Source of the DNA: an uncultured Chloroflexia bacterium
GTDB taxonomy: Bacteria; Chloroflexota; Dehalococcoidia; SM23-28-2; RBG-16-64-32
DNA: 64,000 bases
Direction: 5' to 3'
NCBI GenBank assembly: GCA_963717065.1
Contig: CAVQVC010000001.1
Location: 2,055,546 to 2,119,545, forward strand
Under the pieces are notes generated by a model. That model saw only the letters and a program-made list of their open reading frames with translations. It had not been told where the DNA came from and made no database searches. Position numbers and translations under genes: made by a program. Below, piece after piece: positions 43,457 to 54,126 of the stretch (its first letter is position 1; each line of letters opens with the position of its first letter).

Positions 43457-46400
43457 ATGGCGACTACGGGCAGAGTGCGCGATGAGGTGACTGCCGTTGA
43501 CGAGGCATGGCGGTCGGCCTCGGCGTACCTGGCGCCGGCCCTCATCGAGGGCCTGAACCGGCACTCGGGTGGCGAGGCCAGCTGGATCGAGCCGATGGAA
43601 GGAACGCTGGTGATGGCCGACATCTCGGGCTTTACGAAGATGTCGGAAAGATTGGCGGAGATCGGTAAGGAGGGGGCCGAGTGGCTGACGAACACGATCA
43701 ACCTCTACTTCGAGAGCATGCTGGACGCCGCGCGCCAGCAGGGCGGCTCGAACCTGAAATTTGGTGGCGACGCGCTTCTGCTGTCTTTCACGGGCGCTGA
43801 CCACGCCGAGCGAGCGGTGCGAGCGGCCCTGGCGATGCAGTCGGCGAACCGGCGGTTCGCCGCGGTGCGCCTGGATCGGGAGCGGATTCGCCTGAAGATG
43901 AGTATCGGCGTGCACTCGGGCCGCTTCTGGTCGGCGGCTGCAGGACTGCCGGGACACCGCATGCAGCACCTGATCCTGGGGCAGGATGCCTGCCAGGGTG
44001 GCGGCGGCCGAGTCCCTGGCGGAGGCAGGCGAAGTCGTGGTGACGCCGGAGACGCTGGCGGAGGTCGGCGATTGCCGTTGGGTCGCGAAGGATGGGATGT
44101 GCCGGGTGCTCTCGCAGCCGCGGAAGTCCGGGGCTGCCGCGGAGGCCGAACAGGCGATGTTCCCGGACTCGAGCGTGCTCTGGTACCTGCCACCGCCCGT
44201 CGCTGAGGCCCTCCAGTCGCCGGAGCAGGCGGGGCTCATGGCGGGAGAGCACCGGAAGACGACGATTATCTTCCTCCATCTGCTGGGCGTCGAGGAATTG
44301 CTCGAGGCTGAGGGCGCCGGGGCGCTGGCAGAGCTGCAGGAGTACGTGTCGCTTGTAGCGCGGCTGACGGAGAAGTATGGCGGCTTCCTGGCAGGGAGCG
44401 ACATCTACAACGAGGGCATCAAGCTGATCCTCGTGTTCGGCGCTCCCGTGGCGCGTGAGCAGGACGCCGCCAATGCGTTGCGTTTGTGCCTAGAGATGCG
44501 CGATGAGCTGCCGGACCTGGGCCTGAAGCTGCGGCACCGAATGGGGGTGAACAGCGGCTTCGTGTTCGCCGGGGACATCGGCACGGAGTACCGCCGCGAG
44601 TACACGGTGATGGGAGACGCTGTGAACCTTGCGGCCCGGCTAATGAGCGCGGCGGATGAAGGCGCCATCCTGGCCTCCCGTCACACGCTGGAGGCCGCCG
44701 GGCCAGGTTTCGCGGTGCGCGACATCGAGCCGATACGCGTGAAGGGCAAACGCAACCCGATCCCGGTCGCGATCGTCGAGCGCGAGACGGAGGTGGCGCC
44801 GGCGGTGCGCACCGAGAGGGCACGGGAATTGGTAGGGCGCGACGAAGAGCTAGAGATACTACGTGCCATCTGCCTTGAGGCGGAACGAGGCGAAGCCCGT
44901 ACCGTGGCCATCAGCGGTGAGGCCGGAATCGGTAAGTCGCGCCTGACAGCGGACTTCCTGGACTACCTGTCCATGCGTGGATGGGAAGTGCACCGAGCGC
45001 AGTGCCAGTCACACCTTGTGGGCAACCCGTACGCGCCGTGGGCGAGTGTCATTTACGCGCTGCTAAACGCCGACGCCGGGACGAGCGCCGCAGTGCGAGC
45101 AGCCGCGGTCGAGGCAGGGGTTCGGAGACTGACGCCCGGGTTTGCAGAGATCACCCCCCTCCTGGGAGCCGTGCTCGGACTGCCGTTCGGCGAGACGGCG
45201 GCAACACGCGCCCTGGACGAGGAGGCTCGCAGGCGTCGACTGTTCGACCTGGTCACTGAACTGCTGAGCGCCGCGGCAGAGGGCTCACCCCTGAGCGTAG
45301 TGTTCGAGGACGTGCACTGGGCAGACCACAGCTCGCTCCAACTTGCCTCGCACCTGATGGGCGCAGTTACCGCCGGACGCTTCATGCTGATGATGACCGC
45401 GCGAACGCTGGACGGAGTCGACCTGGCGCCGGCAGGTCAACGTCTCCGCGAAGTCCCTCTGAGCGAACTGCCCGAGGGAGGCGCCGTCCAGCTCGTTCGG
45501 TCAGTTCTGGGACTGCCCTCGTTGCACCCCAGGATCGCCGCGGCATTGATGGCGAGGGCAAGGGGTAACCCGTTGTTCCTCTCCGAGGTGGCGCGCTCGC
45601 TGCAACAGTCGGGAGAGATGGAACGGCTGCTCGGGCTACCGGAGAGCCGTCTCGACGAGGCGCTGGCTGAACTGGACATTCCCGACCGCGTGCAGGCGCT
45701 AATCATGTCCCGCATCGATTCCCTTCCCGCTGGGACTCGAGATGTCCTGCGGGGAGCGAGCGTGCTCGGCGCGGCGTTTGACGAACGCACGCTGAGGGCC
45801 GTCCTGGAGGCGGACATAGCATCGGACGGCCTTGGACGCCGCTTAGAGGAGCTGGGCGAGCACCAGTTCGTGGAGACTACAGGACAGGCGGCGTACCGCT
45901 TCAGCCACGCTCTCATCCAGGAGGTTGCCTACGAGAGCCTGCTGTACGCGCGGCGGAGAAGGCTGCACGAGCGGGCCGGATCCTACGTCGAGGTCGGCCA
46001 CTGGCAGGACCTGGAATCCGTGTACGAGACACTCGTCTACCACTACGGACGCGCCGGCAACAAGCCACGGGCCCTGCTCTACTCTGTCCGAGCCGGCGAC
46101 AAGGCGCGACTCGTGTTCGCCAACGAAGAAGCCATCGAGCACTACGAACGCGCGGCGTCCCTCGGCGAAGATACGGGGCTGGCACGGGTTGACGGGGTCC
46201 AGGCCGTGGACGTCAGCGCCGGCGCCACGCACACGAAGCTCGCGGACGTCCTGGAGCTGACCGGAGCACACGCCGACGCAATACGGCACTATGGCCGTGC
46301 CCTGGCACTGTACGGAGGCCCCGGCATCGCGCGGGTCGCCCTCGCGCCGCATCGGCCTGTTCCGGCACGATTTAGCGAGCGGGCGCGGCAACGCGTCCCA

Positions 46401-47549
46401 CACACGCGGAAGACGATCGGGAACATTTGCCGCAAGGTTGGGGTCGTCCACGAGCGGCTGAGCGACTACGAGAACGCGCGCAACTGGTTCATGTCTGCGC
46501 TTTTGGTCCTGCCGAGGAGTTCGCCTCGAGAACGGACACGCGCCCTTATAGGGTTGGCGATAGCCTGGTTCAGGGCCAGTCAGTACGAAGAGGCACGCCT
46601 CTGGTGTCAGCGAGGCCTCAGGAGTGCCCGCGAGGCCGGCGACCTGCTTGAAATGGCACACGCCCAGAACATGTTGGGCTTGATATATCGTGAACGCGGA
46701 GCTGTGCGGCGTGCCCTGATCCATCAATCGCGTGCGCTGGCGCAATATCGAGAGCTCAACGATCTAAACGGACAGGCGGAAACCCTGAACAACCTTGCGC
46801 TGGATCACTATGATCTCGGCGAGTACCCTGCAGCAGCGGAGAGATTCGAAGAATGCCTGGCAATCGCCACACAGACCGGCGATATCGACCTTCAAGCGAT
46901 CATCCACAACAATCTCGGCGAGGTCTACCTAGCGCAGGGTGATGTCGACCGCGCAAAGGCCAGGTTCCGCTGGACGATTGACGTCAGGACACGGCTTGGA
47001 CACATAGGGATCGGCGCACTTGCTGAAGCGAATCTGGGAAGAGCGCTGGCACAAGAAGGGCGCACCGAGGAGGCTCTCAAACTGCTCGAGGCCAGCCGCA
47101 TGGCGTTCCGCCAGATCAAAGCACGAACGTTCGAGGGCGACGTCGACCTGACGTTGGGTGAGCTTGCCTTGCGCGAGGAAAGGCCGGACGAGGTACTGAC
47201 GGTGGCACGGAAGGTGCTCGCGGATGCCCGGAAACTGAACGTCGAACCCCTGGAGGGGGCAGCGCACTTGCTTCTGGGGCGATCTTACGTCGCCCTTGGT
47301 GACTGGCAATCGGGAGAGGCAAGCATTCAGGCCTCGCTACAACTGGCACGACGGGCCGGAAGCCGCCACCAGGAGGGAAAGGCCCTGGCCGCGATGGCCT
47401 CCCTCCATGCCGAGAAATTCAGAAAGCTGGGAGACACCTCATCGCGTAAGCGGGCTGCGGGCCTGCAGCGCCAGGCAGCGTTTATCTTCCATGAGCTGGG
47501 AGCTGACCTCGACGCACAGGCCATGGAGAATGAATTGCGCGCCCTGTAA
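43457..47549 (+). CDS. Adenylate/guanylate cyclase (two class III domains) + STAND AAA ATPase + TPR; frameshift near 43990
   Basis: ADISGFT and KFGGDAL; second domain GDAVNLAARLM; Walker A GEAGIGKS; Walker B VVFEDVHWAD; GNPLF; FSHALIQE; C-terminal TPRs. Confidence 0.92.
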
Positions 47550-47732
47550 CCATTTCGGTGTGAGGATGGTCACCAGTGCATCTTTTGGGTGATTGACACG
47601 CCGTCCCGTTTCTGTCAACTTGACAACGATAACGTCCCATACCTGCGCCACCTGACCCGCGGCGAGCCCGACGGCTCGATCGCGATTCAACGCTGTCCGG
47701 CGGATAACGGCGCGCCAGAAGGGAATAGGGAT

Positions 47733-50700
47733 TTGCGGTCCACCAAACGATATCAGCGAGTCGCGGCGCTATTTACCCTTGTCCTTGCGGGTCTTCTCCT
47801 TACCTCACCCAGCACCCTGGCGGCGAACGACCTCCTGAACCTCGGGTTCGAGGATGGCGCGCTCGACGGAAACCCCGTGAACTGGACGGTGATGAGCAGC
47901 GCCGACTCGGTGAAGGTCGTCGATACCGAAGGCCCCTCCGAGTTCCAGACCTACGCCGACATGGGAAACGTGACGGTCTCGCCGTATCAGGGGAACCTCA
48001 TGCTACGGCTGGGCACTCCGCGCCGAAACTCCCAGAACCAGCCCCCCGGCTTGAACTGGGTGGCTCAGACTTATTCATCCACCGACTCGACCCTGGAAAT
48101 CGCATTCCGGCTCTTTTCGTGGGAGCATCGCGGAAGGGACACCTTCAGGATCGACGTCCGGGACGGCAATCAGTCGGTTGGTGACCTCGCCGCCCCTGTT
48201 CAGATCAAGAGGTCCAACGGCAGCGTGATGCACACCTGCAACGATATTCCATGCGACTTCAGCATCGACGCCGGCAGCAGTGGTCAGTTCATAAACACCG
48301 GCTGGCTGACCCTGCAGATCATCAACCTGCCGTCCGACGGTCGGAATCTCACTGTCTGGGAAAAAGCCTACGGCACAATCGATAGCTCACACCCAACGTG
48401 GGCCTACTTCGACAACGTGAACTCGCCGCCGGTGGCGAAATTCAGCTTTGAGTGTATCGGCGAAGGGGACGTATGCCTGTTCTTCGACCTTTCGTACGAT
48501 CCCGATCCCGGCGACGCAATCACTTCTCGGACCTGGGTGATCGATGGACGGACATTCACCAGTCAGAACCCGTTCTTCATCTTTCCGGACGAGGGGAACT
48601 TTACCGCTTCCCTCCGCGTAACGGACACCTCGGGCACCGAGGCGATCGTCAGCGATGGCTCCGCAGCGACCGACGGCGACCTTGTCCCGGACCTAGTGGT
48701 CCAGAACGAAGACCCGTTGGTGAACGCCCTCAACGTGGAAGCCCTCGCCGGTGACGACTTCAGGCTGATCGGAAGGCACATCGATCCGGGGTCAGCCGAC
48801 GCGCACAGCGCCCAATGGAGCATCAATGGAAACCCGGCTGCCACTGTGGAGGAGGAAAACGACCCGCTTCTGTCGTCCGGTCTGATAAGCGGCAAGCTGA
48901 CCGCGACCTCTAACTTGAACGGCACCCTTACAGTCAACGACGGGGACGGCGGCTCCGCATCCGACAACTTCAACGTCACCGTCGTTCCGGACACGCCGGC
49001 CTCGCGAACCCGATACGAGCCGAACGACACAACGCTTGACCCGCAGAATCCGCCGCCCATCCTGAAGTCCGACGGCGCCTACCTCTCGTTCATTCAGGAG
49101 GCCGGCGACGTTGACATCTATGAGGTGCGAACCGCGGGTGGAGCGCCTGTGAAGCCCGGCGGCGAGCTGCTTGTCTCCCTATCCGCCCTCCACGCTGATG
49201 TCGATTTGGCCGTCCTCTCCAAGCTCCCAACAGGTGCCAGCGCGCAATGGAGCGACTTCGGCTGGGGCCGCGCCGGCTGGGGCCGCGCAGGGTTCTCCGA
49301 ATTCGACTCGACGATCCTGGGTTGGGGCCGCGCCGGCTGGGGCCGCGCCGGCTGGGGTCGCGCCGGCAACTCTCAGGTAGGCCTATCTACTTTCAACAAT
49401 TCCGGTGTAAGCTGGGCCGACATCGGCTGGGGCCGCGCCGGGCTTTCGCAGTCCGGTTTCCTTGCCGGCGGCAACGATGTCACTCCACTCGATGTGGAAC
49501 TGGAGGAACTCGGCCTCGGCTCGATAGGTGGTAAGGACCTCCAGGTGGCTGACTTCTCAGCAAACCGTGGGCTCGACGACGAGAGCGCCTGGGCTCGGTC
49601 GGCGACTGCTGGAACGTCATTCTACGTTGCGGTCTTCAAATCTGACGGCGAGGAAAGCCTCACGCCCTACACACTGTCCGTGGAGACGATCGAACCGCCG
49701 GACCTCGAGGTCAACCTCGGGCCGTTGTGTGACGGGTCCCCGCTCGTGACCACGGGGGCGACGCCTATATCCACAATCCTGCATGACTACGACGACCCGA
49801 ATACGCCGGAGAACGATCCTGCCAAAGCCGTGTTCGTTACGCAGGAACAAAGGATGCGGGTCACGTACTCGCTTGATAACGCGGGTTGGAACGACCTCCT
49901 TGGAGATGTCGTCGCGGTTGCCCAGCTCCCGCAGGTAGGGGCCGACGTTCTCTCAGTTGCCAGCACCTACTTCGACGACGCTGATAGGCATCCGTGCCTC
50001 GTCGAGGCAGCCAACAGTGTGACAACCCAGATCCGGGACGACCTCAACGCGATGTACCCGAACGTCGAGCACCGGGTTATCGTTGGCGATGGCAGCATCA
50101 TCCCCTTCCGCCGCGTGCTCGACTACACGATCATCGGCAACGAGAAGAACTATCTCATGGACGCCTTCGTGAAGCCCGGTAGCCCGGAATTTGCGGCGAT
50201 CCTCCAGGGCTATTTCCTGACTGACGACTACTATGGCGATCCAACAGGGAACCCGTGGCAGGGCGACGAGGCGTACGTACCGACAATTGGCATCGGGCGG
50301 CTCGTGGAGACCCCCGCAGAGATACAAGGACAGCTCCAGGTCGCTTTCGACAGCAACCTGCAACTCGACGTCGCCACCGGTTCGACGTTCGGCTACGACT
50401 TCTTCCAGGACGGAGCAGAATCCATCGGCGACAGCCTCGATGCGGGACTTGCAGGACCAGTACACAGAGAGATTAACGACGCCTGGACAGCGGACGACAT
50501 GCGATGCCTGTTCCTCGGGGAAGGCGCCGGCCCGGACTGTGGAGTACGGGACGTCGCTTCGCCGGTGGGGCACTCCACCCATTACGCGATACTGTCGGCG
50601 CTCGGTTTCGAGAATGACGACTTCACCAATTTCGTCTCGAATGATGACGTGGCTAACGCGGGCGACGTTGTCGCAGCGCTTAAGAACACACTGGTCTTCA

Positions 50701-52832
50701 CAATGGGCTGCCACTCAGGCTTCAGCTCCCCGGACGCTGCCTCTCAGGGCCCGGATGCCGGCACTGGCATTGATCCGGCGCTAGACCTGCCGCAGGCCAT
50801 GGCGCGTCAGTTCGCCGTCTACGTCGCCAGCAACGGTTACGGCATCGGCGATGACGCGGGCGTCGCCGGCCACGAGAAGCTGATGACGCTTTTCCCGAAC
50901 GAGTTGCTCGCGGGCGGAGTGACGGTGGGCGAGGCGCTCAAGGACGCCAAACAATCGTATCTGGGCGGCCTCGCTACGACCACGGTCTATGACCTGAAAG
51001 TCTCCATGGAGACAACCCTGTACGGCCTGCCGATGTACGAAGTGAATCCAGCATCCTCAATGTCACTCCTGGCAATGCCAGTCGTGGAGTCCGGCGTTCC
51101 AGCGGGCAATTTTACCCTTACCACAGTGGACGCCGGATCAACTGTGCCGACGGTGACGACGACCCATCAACTGGAGTCCTTCACGAATGCCCTGGGGACA
51201 AAGTACACCCTGGACGGCGAGGCGCAGGGCGCGCCCGGACGGGCGCTGCAACCAACCTTTAGCGGAGACGCAGACGAGCGCCACCCGTATACCGGAGCGC
51301 CGCCGCCAATCCATGGGCTGCGCGTCACCGGCGCAACCTACACCGATATTCCGGACACCGATGCCGTCTTCTCTACACCTACAAACACTTGGTTGAGCGG
51401 GGTGGTCGAAGCCCAGCAGTGCCAGGCCGGGTGGTCACCATCGGATGTCGCACAGATCAACAGCTTCCAACGCGGAAACGACCTCACTCAGACTCTCGTC
51501 GTGGTGGCCGGACAGTTCCAATGCACAAGCGGGGACGCGCTCACGGTCACAGGCGTCGAGCGGCTCTACAGCTCGCTCAGCATTGAAATCATGCGATGCT
51601 CGTCGACCGCGTTAAACGGGCCTGTCCTGAACGACCTCGAAGCGCGCAACCTCGGCGATGGGAGCGTGGAGGTCCGCGTGGACGCGAGCGACGACACCGG
51701 CCTCAGACAGATAGACGTCCTGCGCGTCGATGAAGGGTCGATTGTGCCGTTCTCCCAGACGTTCAGCGTGCCCCTGCCCACGAGCGGCGTGTTCAACATC
51801 AACGTCCCCAATGTCGAGGAGACAACGAACCTTCTGGTCCAGCTCGAAGACGCAGACTGCAACGTCACGGTGGACACGCACAAGAGTGCTGGGTTGAGCT
51901 TGCTGAATGTCGACGCGGGCCCGGACGTTGGTCTGACGCCCCCGTTCAACGCAACGCTCAGCGCCACGATACCCGACTTCGCAAGCGTCGACGAGCCAGT
52001 CTGGTTCGTCTGGGAGTTCAGCGACGGCGGCTTTACGGACGGTGTGCTGGCACCGGCAGAACTGCAGACTCACCCGGTTGTGATCAATCCCGACGGAAGT
52101 GCCACGTTTACCCTCCAGCACAAGTTCACGACCCCCGTACTCGCCGATCTCGCGGCCAGCATCGAGGTTCATGACTCAGCCGGCGGCGTCGGCGTCGACG
52201 ACGTGGCGTTCTTCTGCGACCCGCCGGAGGGTGGCCCAGTCCTTGATGGCGACTGTGACCTCGTACTCGACTCACAGGAGGGCCCTTGCGGCGCGGACGA
52301 GTCGGATATCGCGCTACGACCGGAGCGCGTAGACGGCGTTTTCGCCGGTATGAGCGAAGACGGCGACACGGATGTAGACGAGGCGCTGCCCGCAGGCGCG
52401 ACGGCATATGACTGCGATGGAGACGGCTACACGGGTGCGGCCGAGAACCACGTCTACTCCTACTTCGGTCAACTGAATGGGGACCAGAAGACCTGCCAGG
52501 AGTACGACACCGCATTCCCCGATCCAATGCAGAATTCCACGCCGAGCAAGCGGTGGCCTTCCGACCTATCGGCAGTTCCGTACCCAGATTCCCGTAACCG
52601 CATAACTCTGCACGACTTCACGAGCTTTCTTGCCCCCATACACTACTTCAACTCGAACGTCGGGATACGGCCTGGCGATGTGCGCTGGGACCTGGTGCCC
52701 GGCAAGGGGATCTACGAGACGGACATCAACTTGAACGACCTCACAGCGTTGCTCGCCGGAGCCAGCGGCTCACCCGCCATGCTCGGCGGGAAACGGGCAT
52801 TTGGCGGCGCCGAGTGCTCGTGGCCACCGTAG
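47733..52832 (+). CDS. Very large secreted protein: PKD/Ig-like domains, GWGRA repeats, peptidase C25 (gingipain-like) domain, Ca-binding C-terminal module
   Basis: Signal peptide from TTG 47733; PKD (PPVAKF, SYDPD, LRVTD); C25 motifs IVGDGSIIPF, TDDYYGD, IGRL, VGHS, FTMGCHSG and LYGLP. Confidence 0.8.
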   Translation: MRSTKRYQRVAALFTLVLAGLLLTSPSTLAANDLLNLGFEDGALDGNPVNWTVMSSADSVKVVDTEGPSEFQTYADMGNVTVSPYQGNLMLRLGTPRRNSQNQPPGLNWVAQTYSSTDSTLEIAFRLFSWEHRGRDTFRIDVRDGNQSVGDLAAPVQIKRSNGSVMHTCNDIPCDFSIDAGSSGQFINTGWLTLQIINLPSDGRNLTVWEKAYGTIDSSHPTWAYFDNVNSPPVAKFSFECIGEGDVCLFFDLSYDPDPGDAITSRTWVIDGRTFTSQNPFFIFPDEGNFTASLRVTDTSGTEAIVSDGSAATDGDLVPDLVVQNEDPLVNALNVEALAGDDFRLIGRHIDPGSADAHSAQWSINGNPAATVEEENDPLLSSGLISGKLTATSNLNGTLTVNDGDGGSASDNFNVTVVPDTPASRTRYEPNDTTLDPQNPPPILKSDGAYLSFIQEAGDVDIYEVRTAGGAPVKPGGELLVSLSALHADVDLAVLSKLPTGASAQWSDFGWGRAGWGRAGFSEFDSTILGWGRAGWGRAGWGRAGNSQVGLSTFNNSGVSWADIGWGRAGLSQSGFLAGGNDVTPLDVELEELGLGSIGGKDLQVADFSANRGLDDESAWARSATAGTSFYVAVFKSDGEESLTPYTLSVETIEPPDLEVNLGPLCDGSPLVTTGATPISTILHDYDDPNTPENDPAKAVFVTQEQRMRVTYSLDNAGWNDLLGDVVAVAQLPQVGADVLSVASTYFDDADRHPCLVEAANSVTTQIRDDLNAMYPNVEHRVIVGDGSIIPFRRVLDYTIIGNEKNYLMDAFVKPGSPEFAAILQGYFLTDDYYGDPTGNPWQGDEAYVPTIGIGRLVETPAEIQGQLQVAFDSNLQLDVATGSTFGYDFFQDGAESIGDSLDAGLAGPVHREINDAWTADDMRCLFLGEGAGPDCGVRDVASPVGHSTHYAILSALGFENDDFTNFVSNDDVANAGDVVAALKNTLVFTMGCHSGFSSPDAASQGPDAGTGIDPALDLPQAMARQFAVYVASNGYGIGDDAGVAGHEKLMTLFPNELLAGGVTVGEALKDAKQSYLGGLATTTVYDLKVSMETTLYGLPMYEVNPASSMSLLAMPVVESGVPAGNFTLTTVDAGSTVPTVTTTHQLESFTNALGTKYTLDGEAQGAPGRALQPTFSGDADERHPYTGAPPPIHGLRVTGATYTDIPDTDAVFSTPTNTWLSGVVEAQQCQAGWSPSDVAQINSFQRGNDLTQTLVVVAGQFQCTSGDALTVTGVERLYSSLSIEIMRCSSTALNGPVLNDLEARNLGDGSVEVRVDASDDTGLRQIDVLRVDEGSIVPFSQTFSVPLPTSGVFNINVPNVEETTNLLVQLEDADCNVTVDTHKSAGLSLLNVDAGPDVGLTPPFNATLSATIPDFASVDEPVWFVWEFSDGGFTDGVLAPAELQTHPVVINPDGSATFTLQHKFTTPVLADLAASIEVHDSAGGVGVDDVAFFCDPPEGGPVLDGDCDLVLDSQEGPCGADESDIALRPERVDGVFAGMSEDGDTDVDEALPAGATAYDCDGDGYTGAAENHVYSYFGQLNGDQKTCQEYDTAFPDPMQNSTPSKRWPSDLSAVPYPDSRNRITLHDFTSFLAPIHYFNSNVGIRPGDVRWDLVPGKGIYETDINLNDLTALLAGASGSPAMLGGKRAFGGAECSWPP
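49260..49439 (+). repeat. Six copies of a 15-bp coding repeat (GWGRA)
   Basis: ggctggggccgcgcc-like units at 49260, 49275, 49320, 49335, 49350 and 49425. Confidence 0.9.
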
Positions 52833-52914
52833 AGCGTGAGCGTTGCCAATGAAAGTCGAAGGGGCGGGCAAATGCCCGCCCCTTACGCTATCTCTGAAAC
52901 AGGAGGCGCTGGAC

Positions 52915-54126
52915 ATGGCAGACATCAAACTTTATGGAGCCCCATGGTGCCCCGACTGCAAGCGGTCGAAGAAGTTCCTGGCAGAGCAGCGCGTTGCCTA
53001 CGATTGGATAGACATCGACGCCGATGCGAAGGCGCTTGGTTACGTCGAAGAGCTGCAAAACGGCGGGAGGACGATCCCTACCATCGTTTTCAAAGATGGG
53101 ACGCACCTGCTGGAGCCATCCAACGACGAGCTGGCGCGCAAACTCGGATTGAAATTGTCGGCTGCTCGGCCGTTCTACGACCTCGTGATAGTAGGCGGCG
53201 GCCCAGCAGGGCTCACCGCATCGATCTACGCATCCCGCGAAGGCATTGACTCTCTCGTCATCGAGAAGAGCGCGCTCGGTGGCCAGGCGGGCGTGACAGA
53301 GCGCATCGACAACTACCCAGGGTTTCCTGACGGAGTGGGCGGAGGAGAACTGGCGGATCGTTTCATCGCACAGGCCCGACGCTACGGCGTCGAGTTACTC
53401 TCTGCGGTCGGCGTTCGGGCGATCGATGCCGAAGGTGAGGACCTCTGCGTGACCGTGGACTCCGGCGACGAGTATGGCGCCCACGCGGTGCTGATCGCCA
53501 CCGGGTCCACCTACCGCCGGTTGGGTGTCCCGGGGGAAGATGAACTGATCGGATCTGGCGTACACTTCTGCGCTACCTGCGACGGGCCATTCTACAAGGG
53601 AGCAGATGAGCTGGTAGTGATCGGCGGCGGGAATTCTGGGTTGGAAGAAGGCTTGTTCCTCACCCAGTTCGCGAAAAAAGTGAGAGTCCTAGAGCACGGG
53701 CCCGAGCTGCGAGCCTCGAAACTCCTGCAGGACAAAGTTCGAAATCACCCGCAGTTCGAGATTCACACAAACGTCGATGTGAAAGAGCTGAAGGCCTCGA
53801 ACAACAAACTGTCAGCGGTGGTTGCCAAAGACAATCAGACCGGACGAGACCTGGAGTTCGCACCTGCGGCGGCGTTTGTCTTCATCGGGCTGGACCCGAA
53901 CACGGCCTTCCTCAAGGGGTCGGTCGATCTGGATGAGCGCGGATTCGTCATCACCGACGATACGCTCCAGACCAACCTGCCCGGCGTGTTCGCCGCCGGT
54001 GACCTGCGGGAGGGCTCAGCGAAACAGTTAGCGGCGGCGGTCGGCGAAGGGGTAGCGGCGCTCCTGCACATCCGCCAGCACCTTCAGAAGCACTCGCACA
54101 TAGCGAGGCATGAGGAGGCTGCCTAG
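52915..54126 (+). CDS. trxB: Glutaredoxin/mycoredoxin-like domain fused to thioredoxin reductase
   Basis: N-terminal WCPDC and IPT; TrxR motifs GGGPAG, CATCDG, GGGNSG and FAAGD. Confidence 0.9.
   Translation: MADIKLYGAPWCPDCKRSKKFLAEQRVAYDWIDIDADAKALGYVEELQNGGRTIPTIVFKDGTHLLEPSNDELARKLGLKLSAARPFYDLVIVGGGPAGLTASIYASREGIDSLVIEKSALGGQAGVTERIDNYPGFPDGVGGGELADRFIAQARRYGVELLSAVGVRAIDAEGEDLCVTVDSGDEYGAHAVLIATGSTYRRLGVPGEDELIGSGVHFCATCDGPFYKGADELVVIGGGNSGLEEGLFLTQFAKKVRVLEHGPELRASKLLQDKVRNHPQFEIHTNVDVKELKASNNKLSAVVAKDNQTGRDLEFAPAAAFVFIGLDPNTAFLKGSVDLDERGFVITDDTLQTNLPGVFAAGDLREGSAKQLAAAVGEGVAALLHIRQHLQKHSHIARHEEAA

Noticed and set aside
49260-49439. Short repeats as a possible CRISPR array
   Set aside because: 15-bp in-frame coding repeats, mostly tandem without unique spacers, and no cas genes.
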